From positions 46,996,001-47,060,000 of the forward strand of contig OX597818.1 in the NCBI GenBank assembly GCA_951406725.2: 64,000 nucleotides of DNA, given 5' to 3'. Both the position numbers and the translations under genes were made by a program. Positions within the stretch are counted from its first letter, which is position 1. Every line of letters starts with the position of its first letter. The stretch is from Octopus vulgaris. Its lineage: Eukaryota. A model generated the notes under the pieces. It ran no database searches. It worked only from the letters and a program-made list of their open reading frames with translations, and was not told the DNA's origin. Positions 12,950 to 26,296 of the stretch are shown here, in pieces.

Positions 12950-14371
12950 GTAAGTAAATAAGAGAATCGGTTAGATATCTTGGAAGAAATACTTCTCATA
13001 TTTCATATTAGTTTTGATAGGTGTCAACAAATAATTAAGAAACTGTTTTGGTTTCACACATAAATTTATAAGGAACCTTCAAGAAAGATTTTGTAAGCTT
13101 ATAAAAATCCTGACTAATTTGGTAATTTTCTTGAGAAAAATTCTTATTTGTAGTGTAAAGTTATATGCCATTTGGCTTACATTTATAAGATATTTCTCAA
13201 TTCTCTCTCTGCTAGTTAACTGGCACTGTTGGTTATGACAATGAAGGTTCCAGTAGATCTGATTGATGGAACACCCTGCTTGTGAAATTAATGTGCAAGT
13301 GGCTGAGCACTCCACAGACACACACACTCTTAATGTACTTCTCAGGGAAATTCAGCATGACACAGAATGTGACAAGGCTGACCCTTTGAAATACAAGTAC
13401 AACTCACTCTTGCCAGCTGAGTTGATTGGAGCAATGTGAAATAAAGTATCTTGCTCAAGGATGCAATGCACTGCCAAGTATTGAACTCATGATCTTACAA
13501 TCATGAGCCAAATGTCCTATCCACTTAGCCACATGCCTTCACACTAGTTAACTACTATCCTTTATATTTCACGCACATCTCATTACAAGGATACATTTCA
13601 CAACTATTATATAACCATTTAGCATTAATACAAACAATGTTGACAATACGCTTTTACGTGTTTCAGTCATTTGACTGTGGCCATGCTGGAGCACTGCCTT
13701 TAGTCGAAAGCAAATCAACCCCAGGACTTATTCTTTGGAAGCCTAGTACTTTTTCTATCGGTCTCTACTGCTGAACTGCTAAGTTACTGAGACATAAACA
13801 CACCACCATCGGTTGTCAAGAGATATTGTGGGGACAAACACAGACACACAAACATATACACACACACATATATATATACACACACATATACACAACGGGC
13901 TTCTTTCAGTTTCCATCTACCAAATCCACTCAAGGCTTTGGTGGGCCCGAGGCTATAGTAGAAGACACTTGCCCAAGGTGCCAAGCAGTGGGACTGAACC
14001 TGGAACCATGTGTTTTGTAAGCAAGCTACTTACCACAAAGCCACTCCTACTCTTTTTTTTTTCAACTTGTCATCCTCATCTTCATCTACATTAAACCATA
14101 ATGCTACTAAAATCTCATCATTTTCTGGTCTGGTTGCTCTTTGTATATGATGAGTGATTCTGGGTTATTATTCTGTTCTTGTGGGTTGAAGCATATAAAT
14201 GAATATTTTCAATAAATTTCCATTTTTATAATCTCAGTAGTAACCCATTGTTAAATTTATTCCCTTTCCGCCACCTGCCACATTTAATTCATTTCAGTAT
14301 TCAAATTTAATGATATAGTTTATAACTAAACATTGAGACATTTTATATATTTGTCATCATCTTTGTGTCAG

Positions 14372-14494
14372 AAATACCTGCATGAATCGAGGCATCGACA
14401 TGCTATGAATCGGATACGAGGAGATGGTGGTCGTTTTTATTCAATTAAGAAAGACGGGCCTTCTGAGTTTAAATTTTCACCTAAACATGAAGAG
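14372..14494 (+). CDS. NFYA: NF-YA coding exon 7 (CCAAT DNA-binding subdomain)
   Basis: KYLHESRHRHAMNRIRGDGGRF motif; tcag| and GAG|GTGAGT splice sites. Confidence 0.97.
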
Positions 14495-15415
14495 GTGAGT
14501 AGATTTTTTATTATTCTAAAATATCGTTTTTTTATTTCTTTTTGGGAAGCTACTAGTGAAAGCAGAATTCATATTTGATTGATGAATTTAGAAGAGATGT
14601 CTTCTAGTATACACTTGTATCAGATAGGAGGAAACATGTATATAATTATTAAAGTGCTTGCTGGAAGATTTCTAAATATTTTGTTGTAGTCTGAGAAGAA
14701 ATCCACCACTTTTTAAATCTTTCTAGATTGTGGAATAAGGCAGCTAGCTGACAAAATCATTGGCACATTTAGAAAATGTGCCCAATGGCATTTCTTCCAC
14801 CTTCTGAGTTCAAATCCAGAGGTCAACTTTGCTCTTCATTCCTTTGTGGTTGGTAAAATAAAGTACCAGTTGAGTACTGAAGTTAATATAATTAACTTGA
14901 CCCCCTCCCCTTAAAATTGCTGGCCTTCAAACCTGCAATGAACCTTCATCCCATTCAGAGGGAATGTTGTAATCTCAGTCACTCATTCATCATGGAAACT
15001 GGGTAACTAACACTATGAGTGCTAGGGTTCAAGAAAAGAGAATTGTGGAATAAGAACAACTGGATAAACTAATTAAAGATAATATTCAATTCAAATTGTT
15101 GGGGGGAAAATATAAGATTTGTAAATGTCAGTATGGTAGATGAAGAATATCTCACTAGAAGACATAGAGAATTGTTTTATTTCTTGACTGTGATAGGATC
15201 ATATTTTAGCAAGAATTTGGAGGGAAAAAGAAACACATCCATTTATTTGACTACAAATTATTGTTCTGTATTGCAAATAATATGGAAGGCGGACGTTAAA
15301 TGATGATGATATATATGCATGTATATGTACACATATACACCTATGCGTTTATACATATATATATGTGTGTATACTGAATTTCAAATCATTGCAATTGTAA
15401 TCTTTCTTTTTCTAG

Positions 15416-15523
15416 GATGATTCACCGGTTTGTGGTATGTTGGACATAGGTGACACTCATCTTGCATCTGTCAACTTCCTTTCTACCAATGGATCTACAC
15501 TCACTGACACCAAATATAATTAA
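15416..15523 (+). CDS. NFYA: NF-YA terminal coding exon
   Basis: ctttctttttctag|GATGAT...TATAATTAA; in frame, giving a total CDS of 1287 nt; followed by a long repeat-poor AT-rich 3'UTR-like region with AATAAA near 17134 and 17218. Confidence 0.75.
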   Translation, partial: DDSPVCGMLDIGDTHLASVNFLSTNGSTLTDTKYN

Positions 15524-17436
15524 GATATAATACATATATTTTTATATTTTTTTATGTTTTTCTTCTTCTTCTAGGTAACATTCTTTTTTATTATACATTG
15601 GCTGTTTAAGAATTACATATTTTTTAATAAAGAACATCTTAACAGTCAAGAATTAATGGCAGCTTCAATAATTTCTCTGTAATAATATATATATAAAAAA
15701 AAACAATGTTTGTTAGATATATCTTAATTAATCAGATCATGTAGCATTTTAAAACCTTTCGAATTCATATCATATCTTGAAAAAAAAAATGATACAATGT
15801 AGACATTTACCAAACTGTAAACAATTAAATATGTTTATAGAGAGATTCTACAAGCAAATCGTGTATAAAATTAAATGTGGACTTTCCTTAAATTCTTTAT
15901 ATATGTCCTATATATATATACTCTTTTCCTCCTCATCTTAGCTATGTTGTTGTCATTTATCGTCATCATCACTATCATCAATATTTATACATTTATTTAT
16001 TGACATTTATTTAATTTCCTTCGGATATTCATTCTCCTGTGTGAAATGCTTTATTATAATTATCAACTTCAAACCAAGTTATGTCTTTACAGAATGATTA
16101 ATGAGTGAATGTATGCCTCCTTGCCTTCTATCAACAGAATTTTCAATTAAAAAAAAACAAAAAAAAAACTGCTCCCTCTGTGTTTTTTCCCCTGCCATCT
16201 AATTTCATAGCATTCAATAATAAGTATAGAAAAATGATAAAACTTCGTATTTTTAAACCAATGAAATTTAAGTTAACCCTTTGCATGACTAAAGTATTTT
16301 CATAAATTTTTACTAAATATCGATGCTTGTTTTAAGATTTTTAGGTAGTAGGTTTTAGTAGTTGTTTTGTAGGTTTCTCAGTAATATAAAGCTTTCATAA
16401 GTCCCAAGTTGCTCTGGTGGTTGAAAGAAGATTAGGAATGTGTATCATATATATGATGCATGGACACCAAGGAAATGTCCTGTATATCACGATACATAAG
16501 AGGCAAAGGGTTAAAAAATCTTGCAATATTATAGTTTTATATATATATCTTCATATACCTTTATATGTCTATATAGCTATAACCTTTTTTTTTCTTTCCT
16601 GAAATGGATTAAGTAGTTTATACATCATTTTTCCTTCCTACCACAACTGTTTCATTGAAGAAAAATATTTATAGTATTACCATTTAAGAGTTTGTGGAAT
16701 ATTCCTGTAAATTAATTAGTAATTACAATCTGAAACAAAAAAAGAGCTTTGTTGAACCTTCGGAAATCACATTATTTAAATTGGTTTTCCATAAGCGCCT
16801 TTCCATTTGAGCTACACAGATACATTCTCCACACCTTTATATTTGTTTATATGTAAAAAAAAAAACCAAAAAAACTATGTAATTTATATTTAATCATATT
16901 GTATTCGTACTGTATTACACATTTAACAAGTTATCATAGTTGTCATCATACATTTTCAAAGATGCTCTTTCTCTCTCTCTTTGAAATTCTTTGATCATAA
17001 GAAAGAAAAAAAAATTCTCAAAAGTTTCTTTGCACAGTTATTTATTTAACATTTCCATCTTCATGTCATAATATTCCTTTTTCATTTTAACACAAAATTT
17101 AAATCAGTGTAATTAAATTACCACGGAAAAAGAAATAAATAAATAACAGGCATTATTTATTTTTCTGTTAACTTTATTTTAACTGCTAATATTTTTGACC
17201 TATTTTTTATATCTTCAAATAAAAAAAATATATGATACTAGATCATAATCTTTTATAAAATGTCTTTTTTGTTATTTCATTCCTATTTCTTAATCCTTCT
17301 TGCTTTCCTTTATTTTGCTTCCATGATAACCTGCAAACCTATGGAATACTTACCTCCGTTTTATAGTTTTTCAACCCAATAGTAACATGGAAGGAAAACC
17401 ACTTAAATGTCATTTTAACAGAAAATAAATATATAT

Positions 17437-17805
17437 AGGCGTAGGAGTGGCTGTGTGGTAAATAGCTTGCCTACCAAGCACATGGTTCTGGGTTTAGTCC
17501 CACTTTGGGCAAGTGTCTTCTACTATAACCTCAGGCCGACCAAGCCTTGTGAGTGAATTTGGTAGACGGAAACTGAATGAAGCCCATCGTGTATATATAT
17601 ATGTTTGTGTGTCTGTGTTTGTCCCCCAATGTCGCTTGACAACCGATGCTGGTGTGTTTACGTCCCCGTAACTTAGCGGTTTGGCAAAAGAAACCAATAG
17701 AATAAGTACCAGGTTTACAAAGAATAAGTCCTGGGGTCGATTTGGTCAACTAAAGGCGGTGCTCCAGCATGGCCACAGTCAAATGACTGAAACAAGTAAA
17801 AGAGT
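17437..17805 (+). mobile_element. tRNA-derived SINE family 1; other copies ~13650-14050(-), ~57850-58215(-), ~63730-64000(+) and fragments
   Basis: Head GGCGTAGGAGTGGCTGTGTGGTAA...GGTT(T/C)AGTCCC with pol III A/B-box-like motifs; many dispersed copies. Confidence 0.75.
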
Positions 17806-18599
17806 ATATAATGAGAAACAGTTATGGATAAATAAAACTTGAGAAACAAACACATTTGCTTCAAGGTATTGTGGAATCGTATTCTTAAATCTTACAACAG
17901 CCATTATGTAGTGCCTCTAAGCCCATTGTACAAACAAGCTTTATTTCTCAATTGAGGGTGACAAACAACTGGCCCAGAATCCCAGCATCTGACTCAACAA
18001 AGTTTGTGCTGCTGTTCTTCTCTTCTTCCAATCAGGACTCACGCCATTAGCCACAAAGAATAATCTCTAATTTGAGCCTGCTCTAAGCTACTAAGAATGC
18101 ATGTGGCAACCTGAAGATCAACCCACCACAAGTGATAGATTGGCAGTTGTACGGGCCTGAAAGCTACGTTGTTACCCTCATTCCGTAAACGGTGGCTTTT
18201 AATGGGTGGAGAGCTGAACAATCCTTGTGTACAGAGGATTTGCAATCTAGACTACGGTCTGAAAGTTTACCACACCATAGTTCCTCTGCTTTGTGGTAGA
18301 AGTAGGAAGAAAGAGAGAAAGTTGTGGTGAAAGAGTACAGCGAGGTTCACCACCCACCCCTGCCAGAGCCTTGTGGAGCTTAGGTGTTTTTGCTCTATAA
18401 ACACTCACAATGACCAATCTGGGAATTGAAACCACGTTCTTACGACCACAAGTCCGCTGCCCTAACCACTGGGCCATTGCGCCTCCACTACTGGCTGTGG
18501 GCAACTCTGGTGTTGCAGTCATGGTGTCAAAACCCCTAGAGCTTCCTTAGCAGATAAAATGTTGGCCATTTGCATACACAGATTACAACTTGTGTGCCT

Positions 18600-19870
18600 C
18601 ACAGGGGTCCAAGACCTCTTAGAGTTTGCTGTGCTTGAGAAGACACGTCAAGCTAAATAAAATCAAAGTTGTCCCAGTATCCTTCTCCAGCTGAGCATTC
18701 CTGATCTTGTAGCATGTAAAAAGCACCCATTCTGGTGCCATGTAAATGCATCCATGCTGGTGCTTCGTAAAAGCACCCAGTACACTTTCTAAAGTGGTTG
18801 GTGTTAGTAAGGCATTCAGCCATAGAAACCATGACAAATCAGGCATGGAGCTTGGCCAGCTCCAGTCAAACTGTCCAACCCATAACAGCATGGAAAACAG
18901 ATGTTAATGATGATGATGTGGTGCACAGAAGGGCCTTCATCTATAAAAGTTTTTACACTTTCCTTGCTGGGTTTTCTCCATCACAGCAGATCTTCAGGTC
19001 TGTCTTTCATCATTGCCTCCATGAGGCCCAACATTCGAAGGTCACACTCCACCACCTCATCCTGTGTCTCCCTCTTCCACTGTTAGGGAGTGACACTTCT
19101 TCGTACAGCTCTCCTCATCCATATGTAGCCCATGACCATACCAGCAGTCATTTCTCTCAGGGCACTTACACTGATTACACATCGAGCAGATCATACTAGT
19201 TTCATTTCTTTCGAGCCTATGCAGTCACAGCCCATGTTTCACTGCAGTGTAGCATGACAGTTTGCACACATGCAACATACCTTTCACCCCGAGCAGGTCA
19301 CCAGTAGAGGTAGGAGCTTTCTGAACTTTGCCCTGGCTATTCTTATTCTAATGGCGACACTCTACAGAATAGGTCACCTAGTTAACGAAAGCCCACAACT
19401 ACTTTTAGTTTCTAACCCTGGCATGTGATGGAATCAGTTTTCTGAATATCTGCCACACATTAAAGCTATCTTCCTTTGATGTTGCTACACACACCTCTTA
19501 TGCACCCATAGCTTATACTGGGTACATCTTATGGAGTTTCCACCTTTTCTACAAATTGAGCAGGGCCATCTACCTGAAGGGGTTTGTGATGTGTTTGCCC
19601 TCCCACTTACTAGGACTTTGGTTTTTGCAACATTGACACACAGCTGAAATTTCTTTAGTTTTGGTAGGGATTCCGCTATGAGAGCATCGTCATCAGCACA
19701 GAGGAGCTCCCAAGAGCAGCCCGTCTTGAATTCCTCTGTTACTGCCTGGAGGACTATGATGAATAAGAGGTGGCTGAGGACAGATCCTTGGTGAACCCCT
19801 ACTTCTACCAGGAATTCTTCGCTATACTCATTACCGACCCATACCTTACTAATGGCATCCCTGTACAGCT
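18600..19870. mobile_element. Degenerate RTE LINE fragments, tail-to-tail
   Basis: Nucleotide similarity to 7012-8672: a + strand 3' end with (GAT)n at ~18600-18920 and a - strand RT remnant at ~18920-19870. Confidence 0.75.
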
Positions 19871-20809
19871 ACTCTTAACCACTTGTCACTCCCCAGGTAT
19901 ATTTTAAATTTCAGAGACAAAGGAAATTTGTAATAAGACACAGGTACCTATTGGTAATTTGAACAGTTAAAGCACTAAACTCTTCTTTCTGTGTTGATGT
20001 TTATACCACTCTAAAAACTACCCCATCATTATACATTGTGCCCCTTTATATCCTGTAACCTAGGATTTCATTAGAATAAGCCCAATAAATATCAGTCGAT
20101 ACAATCAAATAAAACCTTAGAAAATGATGCCTTAACACAGCCACATATCAGTTAACAAAAACCAGTGCAGCAATACTGGTGACGAAAAAATCCTAGAAAC
20201 CAGAGTAATTGTCAGAATTATGTTAATGCAAGAAAACAATCAAGTCTTTTACTATATATTTTAAGTCAAAGATATGCCATATTTTGGGATTACCTTTCAT
20301 AATCATTGCTGTTATTGACTATGTGAAGTGTGGGCTGTTACACCCAAGCCATAATATGCCTGACCTAATTGACAAACACACTTCAGCGACTTTTTTCGTT
20401 GAGCTAATTATAACAGCCAACTCACAAGCCATAACACTTAATTTGCATATTACAATCTTAACTCCTAGTTGTAATGGACCTGTGTTCAGTCTGCAGAGCA
20501 CTGCAGCAAGCTACATTGTATGGAAAGCCTATGAATTGCAACAATTGCAAGTACTCTTACATTGAATAAATACATGAAACTTTACAGACATATTCCATAA
20601 ATTAATTTTGCACCAACATACAACAATCAACCCTCCATTGGTCTAACTAGTAGACATCTTAAAAGAAATTGTAAAAATCTTTAAATGAGCCCAGCCAGAC
20701 ATAAGCTCATGTCCTACAGTTTTTCTGATTCATAACTTTAAGAAACAAAACAAAACAAGACAAAAACTACTTTTTAAGACATTTATTACTCTGAACTCAA
20801 ACTGAGTGC

Positions 20810-20938
20810 TCATGGAACAAGAAGACAAGCTCCACCAGCAGCCTTGATTTTCTGTTCAGCTAGTTTACTGAAAAACTTAGCTTTCACAATAACTGGGGCT
20901 TTAGGAATTTCTCCCTTACCAAGTACTTTAAAATAACC
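20810..20938 (-). CDS. RPL27A: 60S ribosomal protein L27a (uL15), last coding exon
   Basis: tttgcag|[42 protein letters not shown]; AATAAA at 20787-20782. Confidence 0.97.
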   Translation of the reverse strand, partial: GYFKVLGKGEIPKAPVIVKAKFFSKLAEQKIKAAGGACLLVP

Positions 20939-21957
20939 CTGCAAATAAAACAAAATGAAAATTAACAAAAATTTAGGTACAGAAAACAAAACGAAAATTA
21001 CTTGTGTAGAATATTTGAAAACATAAATTTACTTGCAGAAACAACTAAAAATACAAATTATTGATGAACTAACGAAGTACTGGAACTAATCTCGGTTATT
21101 ATATTTTGAGATCCAAAGTTGTCACCATGATATCCTTGGGAATAAGACAGTTGCATCAGTAAAAAGAAAAATTTAGGTGTCGAGTAGTTTCATAAGACAA
21201 ACCCTAGTATTTCGTTTTACCTTTATGGTACACCTGCCTTAAGTGTATGAGGTTCAACTGATAAATAATCCAATAATTTGCATAATTCTCCACTATTAAA
21301 ATTTTGTTGTGTACTCATTGAATATTAACAAATAATTAATTTCCTAAGTTGATGCTTAAACAAAATTTTAATCTTATATTTTGTTGAATTTACCTGTAAT
21401 TAAATTTGCTTTCAAACAGGAAGCTTTTCAATTGTAATCCAAAAATCATGCTAAGTAAAAGTTGTATTTTGTAACTTGTCTAAATTTACGATTATTTTAG
21501 AATTGAATTGGATTGAAACGCATACGGGATGTATCTTGGTTAGAAATATAGTAACAAAAGGGTTAAATTTGGATAGTCTCTAGCATTTTGGTATCACAAA
21601 ATGACAAACAGCATACTAAATAATTTTAAATAGTGAATTCCAATCAACATGTAATTTCAGAACTTGATGGCTCTACTTCCTCCATTAGGTGGCATTTCTA
21701 CCAGTTTGAAAATACCTCCTTACATCAGGTGGATAATGTAGGATAAACACTCTTGAACAGATTGATATCAAAAATGTTGACAAATATGAATATATGTTTG
21801 AGGCTGAAATAGCAACTATAAATTCACTTAGTTACTTTGGATATTCCCCAATATTGCTGTAGCATTACATAATAATATACAAGTTAAAAACTTGCATTAG
21901 TTTTAAGAAGTAATGCATATGAGAGACATGTTAAGAACACTGTACGTAGGAACTTAC

Positions 21958-22135
21958 ATGTTTTACACAATCAATAACTGCTGCTCTTTTGTCACGCCGA
22001 CGTGTCATATAATTAGTTCGGATGTTTTCTGGGACCAAATTCCACAATGAGTCTATATTGATGATTGGGCAATAATAATGGTGTTTTAATAAATGGTAAT
22101 GCCGCATACCAACTTTACCAAAATATCCAGGATGG
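21958..22135 (-). CDS. RPL27A: RPL27A coding exon 4
   Basis: ttccag|C HPGYFGKVGMRHYHL...DCVKH|GTAAGT; 178 nt. Confidence 0.97.
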
Positions 22136-23011
22136 CTGGAAAAGAAAAGAAAAAAAAAGACATTGAAGAATTCCATGATCAGGCTGAAAACACAGGTAAT
22201 AACACTGGATCAATAATTCACCTTTTAACTTGAGAGTACTCTCTGGCACACCACCAGCACTTCTCTTGCTGACTGGGGTAACCATGCGCTGAATCCCCCA
22301 CATGGGGATGCAATGGCAGCTTCGATATTGGTTTGAGTTATTCCAATATTACCTTTCCAATGTTTGTGAAGATACTAACACAAAATGACTATTTTGCTCC
22401 AGTTGACCACGATGTTTGTCCATGCTTGCATGAAGAACATTCTAATATTCTAACGTGATCAATGAGATTGGAAGGGCATCAAACTATAAAAACCATGCCA
22501 AAGCAGATGGTGGAGCTTGGCACACGATCAGTCCTCTGGCATACCAGTGCCTGTTGAACCAACCAACATGATAGCATGGAAGAGGGACGTTAAGTGATGG
22601 TGTGTGCAGCACTATGTACGTCTGGAAATCACATTGTAAATGAATGAATCATGCAGTGTCATTCGTTTGTAATCTTCATGAAAACATGTCCAGCTGTAGA
22701 AGAATATTGCCTTGCTTAGGTCAGTTAGCAAATTTGTACAAGCATGGAAGAGTGGATGTGAAAACCGAAGTTTCATTGAGACAGACATGTGGCCAAACAG
22801 CAGCCTCCAACATGAAGGTGCCAGTTACAACAATAGTTTGAATTATTGATTCAAATACTACTGTTATGATGTGAATGTTGAGGACCATTACAAGAATGCC
22901 AATTGTAATCTGTCATGTAAAACTTGTTTTATGGAACTAATCTGAAGCCCTGAATATAGTGTGTATTTCAGTTATAAGTGTACTGATGAACAGATGAAAA
23001 CATTACGGTTA

Positions 23012-23140
23012 TGATGTTGTGAACATTGAGGACCGTTACAAGATTAATGACTGACCTTGTAGCCGAAGACAGAACACATTTGATGTAGCCCAGGATGTAA
23101 TGATAAACATTCTAGTAATGCCATCACATGGAACTGGACA
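23012..23140 (-). ncRNA. Intronic box H/ACA snoRNA, type A
   Basis: Hairpin GTCCAG/CTGGGC with GTGATGGCATT/AATGTTTATCAT upper stem; H box ACATCA (23086-23081); second hairpin TGTG/CACA with TACAAGGT/ATCTTGTA; ACA box 3 nt from the end; 129 nt; sense to RPL27A. Confidence 0.8.
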
Positions 23141-23271
23141 AAGAATATGAATAATACTGAGAACCTTCAATTATCAACTACCTGACATCATGGAGATACA
23201 ATACCTGATGCTAAACGATGATGATGATGATGTTACACCAGTGTGAATGGTTTATTAAAAAATAGCTATTA

Positions 23272-23402
23272 TGATGTTGTGAACTTTGAGGACCGTCACA
23301 AGATTAATGACTGACCTTGCAACCGAAGACAGAACACATTTGATGTAGTCCAAGTAGTTATGATAAACAATACTTAATAATGTCATCACATGGAAATGGA
23401 CA
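23272..23402 (-). ncRNA. Intronic box H/ACA snoRNA, type B
   Basis: Same architecture; pairing-preserving changes in the stem (GTTGCAAGGT/ATCTTGTGAC); H box ACATCA at 23346-23341; 131 nt. Confidence 0.75.
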
Positions 23403-23780
23403 GAAACAAAACAATATCCTACAACAGGATTCAACAAATTATTTTACACATTTATCACCAAATAATAAGCATTCTAATATTTAATGTCATAGTATGGATC
23501 TGGACACAAACATGGACAACACTCTCTACGAAATCTCAATCACCACCAAGCTAATGATACACGTCTGTTCTGAGTGAAGAAAACCAATGCAAAATAGCTT
23601 CAGGAACTTAATTTACACACCAAAGAAGATTACAAATCGTGAGAACACTGACCTATTAAAAACCACCTAATTTCTCAACATCATATTCACTCTGGAATTA
23701 ATTATGCAACATTCACCATGTATACAAAGAAACAAATTTCCTTCGAACATGCGTGTATACCAGGTGTGGTAACAAGTTAG

Positions 23781-24040
23781 GGTACTACTTGCGATCAGTG
23801 GTCCCAGTGCATGCACACACACAAGCTAGTCCTAAGTCGACTTTTTAACCCTAACTCTAACCTTAGTTTGTTTATAAAGTTTAAAAATTATTTACTTTGT
23901 TCGAAAAATATTATTTAATTTTCTTTGACATGTATTCAGCCCTGAAATACTAAACATACGCACAAGTAGCTGTAGGATCAACCACTTACGACTAGCTATG
24001 GCGGATGCGCACACCGGGACCAGTGTTCGCTAGTAGTAAC
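23781..24040. mobile_element. GGTAC-terminated MITE with 9-bp TSD (Merlin/MULE-like), inserted in a SINE
   Basis: TIR GGTACTAC..CAGTGGTCCC; flanks acaagttag / ccaagttag. Confidence 0.75.
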
Positions 24041-24864
24041 CCAAGTTAGCTTCCCAATGACAGTCCAATCTGTCCCACTGTATGGCACTTGGTGAAAGTA
24101 TCTTCCACTCAGCCCTCGAGACAACCAGTCTTGTCAGTGGAATTGGCAGATGGAAACTGAATGAAGCCTGTCCTTTTGTCCACCACGACTACTTGAAAAC
24201 CAATGCTGGTGTATCTAAGTGCCAGTAAATTAGCAGTCCAGCAAAAGGAACTAATAGAATAATATCAGACTTCCATGCTGGCATGGATGATTTAACCAAG
24301 AAATGTCAAACGCAACTGAACTTTCTTGCCATTTCAAAGAGGGAACTGGAAAAACATATGACCATATCAACATTGCATACATTTAAATGGATGCAAAAAT
24401 CATTGCCTAATGTACATAACTATTTCACTCAAACATCATCATTTTACCAGCTACCATGAGATGCACAACTTATACAAGATTTTTCAGATACTGACCCAGT
24501 GCAATCTACCTGATGACTGAAAACAGATCATTTATTTCCCACTGCAATATTTTAGATGATAACGCTCCAATTTGTATGATAGTCATCATATAGGCAGAAA
24601 CAAAACAGTAGCCAAGGAGAGGATCAAACACAATTTGACATGTTTATCAATATTTAATGCCACAAACATAATATTCTCCAGTCCGTTATCAACAACCTAA
24701 CAAGGAACTATTGTGATTGAAAACCATTGCAAAATAGTTACAGGAATTGACTTTTCATACCAAAAAGCATTAGAAGTTGTGAGAACAATTTCTTTTGCTA
24801 TAACAATTTAGAGCACAGCAGGCAGTTTCATGTACTGGTTTGAATTAATTCAATATTATAGTTT

Positions 24865-24991
24865 TAGTGTTTGTGGTCAAGATCATCAAGACGACGAATC
24901 TTGCGGGACAGCGATTGACCACACTTGATGTTGTCCACATGATTAATGATGAACATTCTAACATTTTAATGCCATCACAGGTAATTGGACA
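24865..24991 (-). ncRNA. Intronic box H/ACA snoRNA, divergent type D
   Basis: TGTCCA/TGGACA hairpin 1, H box ACATCA (24931-24926), 9-bp TGTGGTCAA/TTGACCACA hairpin 2, ACA-CTA end; different pocket sequences. Confidence 0.72.
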
Positions 24992-25395
24992 GATACATGA
25001 ATCTTATACAAATGTTGTAAATGAAAAAAAAGAAAGCAAATAGTTTCAGGACATTTCTTTTGTACTAAACAGCATCACAAATAACAAGGTGTTACCATTT
25101 TAAAGTGGATACAAGCAGGCATACACACACAAATCTGTATATCATCATTTATATATTACACACACCTGTACACCTTAATGCAGTCCCTAACAAATATATA
25201 AAAACTGATGTCATAACAACTACTTTTTAATCAGTAGATCTGCTTAATCAGAAGAAAAATGCAACAAGCATAACTGCTTGTTCAATTTCTAATATTGTAA
25301 GCAACAGAACAAGTGAAAATCTTAAAAAATACTGACCTTGTGCAATCCAGCTACTAACTGAAAACTGACCTAGTATTTACTAAAATATTATAGAA

Positions 25396-25570
25396 CAGTG
25401 GTTCCCAGCTATGAGTCGCGAACGGAATCTTAGTGGGTTGCAAAAAGTTATAAAATTACGTATTAGCTTTAACTGCTGTCTATTGAGATAGCTCAAGACT
25501 TCTAAATGGGCCGTCATGAACTGGTGTGATAAATAGTGGGTCGCGACTCTAAAAAGTTTGGGAACCACTG
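25396..25570. mobile_element. hAT/Charlie-like MITE
   Basis: CAGTGGTTCCCA...TGGGAACCACTG; 8-bp TSD ttatagaa / ttttagaa. Confidence 0.75.
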
Positions 25571-26296
25571 TTTTAGAAGATAACTGCAGTAATCACGTAA
25601 AAAATAAATTGATACAGCTAGAGACCACGGATTCTTATTTTCAAGAGCTCTTTGCTATAAATTGAATGAGTTTTAAGAATCTGCCTCAATGGAACACAAG
25701 TGAACTCTTCACATCTGCAATATCATGACCAGCAGGCTGCCCATTGCCTTAGGGGTGACGAGATAAAATGACAAGATATAATTCTAGCTGCATGTGCCAA
25801 ACAGGCCAGCAAAATGGGACATCAAACTACTGCAGATTTGTGAAATTAACATCAAGTACTACTAATTGAAGGAACTTGGCTAGCAACCCCATCAGGACAA
25901 AGGAGCAAATAGAATACTCTATTCACTTGTGCCCAACAGCATCTAAATGATACACACCATCCATAAACTTCTAACTTAACAGCTACATGGGTAGTATAAA
26001 TCAGCTCATGAGCTGTGAAAATAGTTTGCAAAACAAGTATTAGACATCAGCTTTTTATGTAGTAAATATGAGTAACGTCATAAATATTTAAGTGAACCCA
26101 CTTTCAAATATGCATTCGGCTCAAGAAATTCATGACTACTCTCCAAGCAGGAGCGGTTCATTTCAGGATACTTTATTTAATTTTATAAGACTGTCTTTCT
26201 ACCCATAAAAGACTAAAGTCATGAATTTGGTTGAAACAAGTATTTTAATTATAAAAATAGTAATATGATATAGAATTGGTTAAAATATTGTCATCA

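Noticed and set aside
18250-18488. tRNA-like sequence on the minus strand (GGCGCAATGGCCCAGTGGTTAGGGC...)
   Set aside because: Continues into a SINE body and lacks a clean acceptor stem and terminator; treated as a tRNA-derived SINE head
23011-23054. Plus-strand ATGATG...CTGA resembling C/D-box snoRNA motifs in the repeated element
   Set aside because: Antisense to the host gene, box C imperfect and too short; the minus strand gives a full H/ACA architecture
23848-23868. Telomere-like TAACCC repeats (also near 53590 and 60675)
   Set aside because: Only 2-3 degenerate units and internal to MITEs, so not an interstitial telomere
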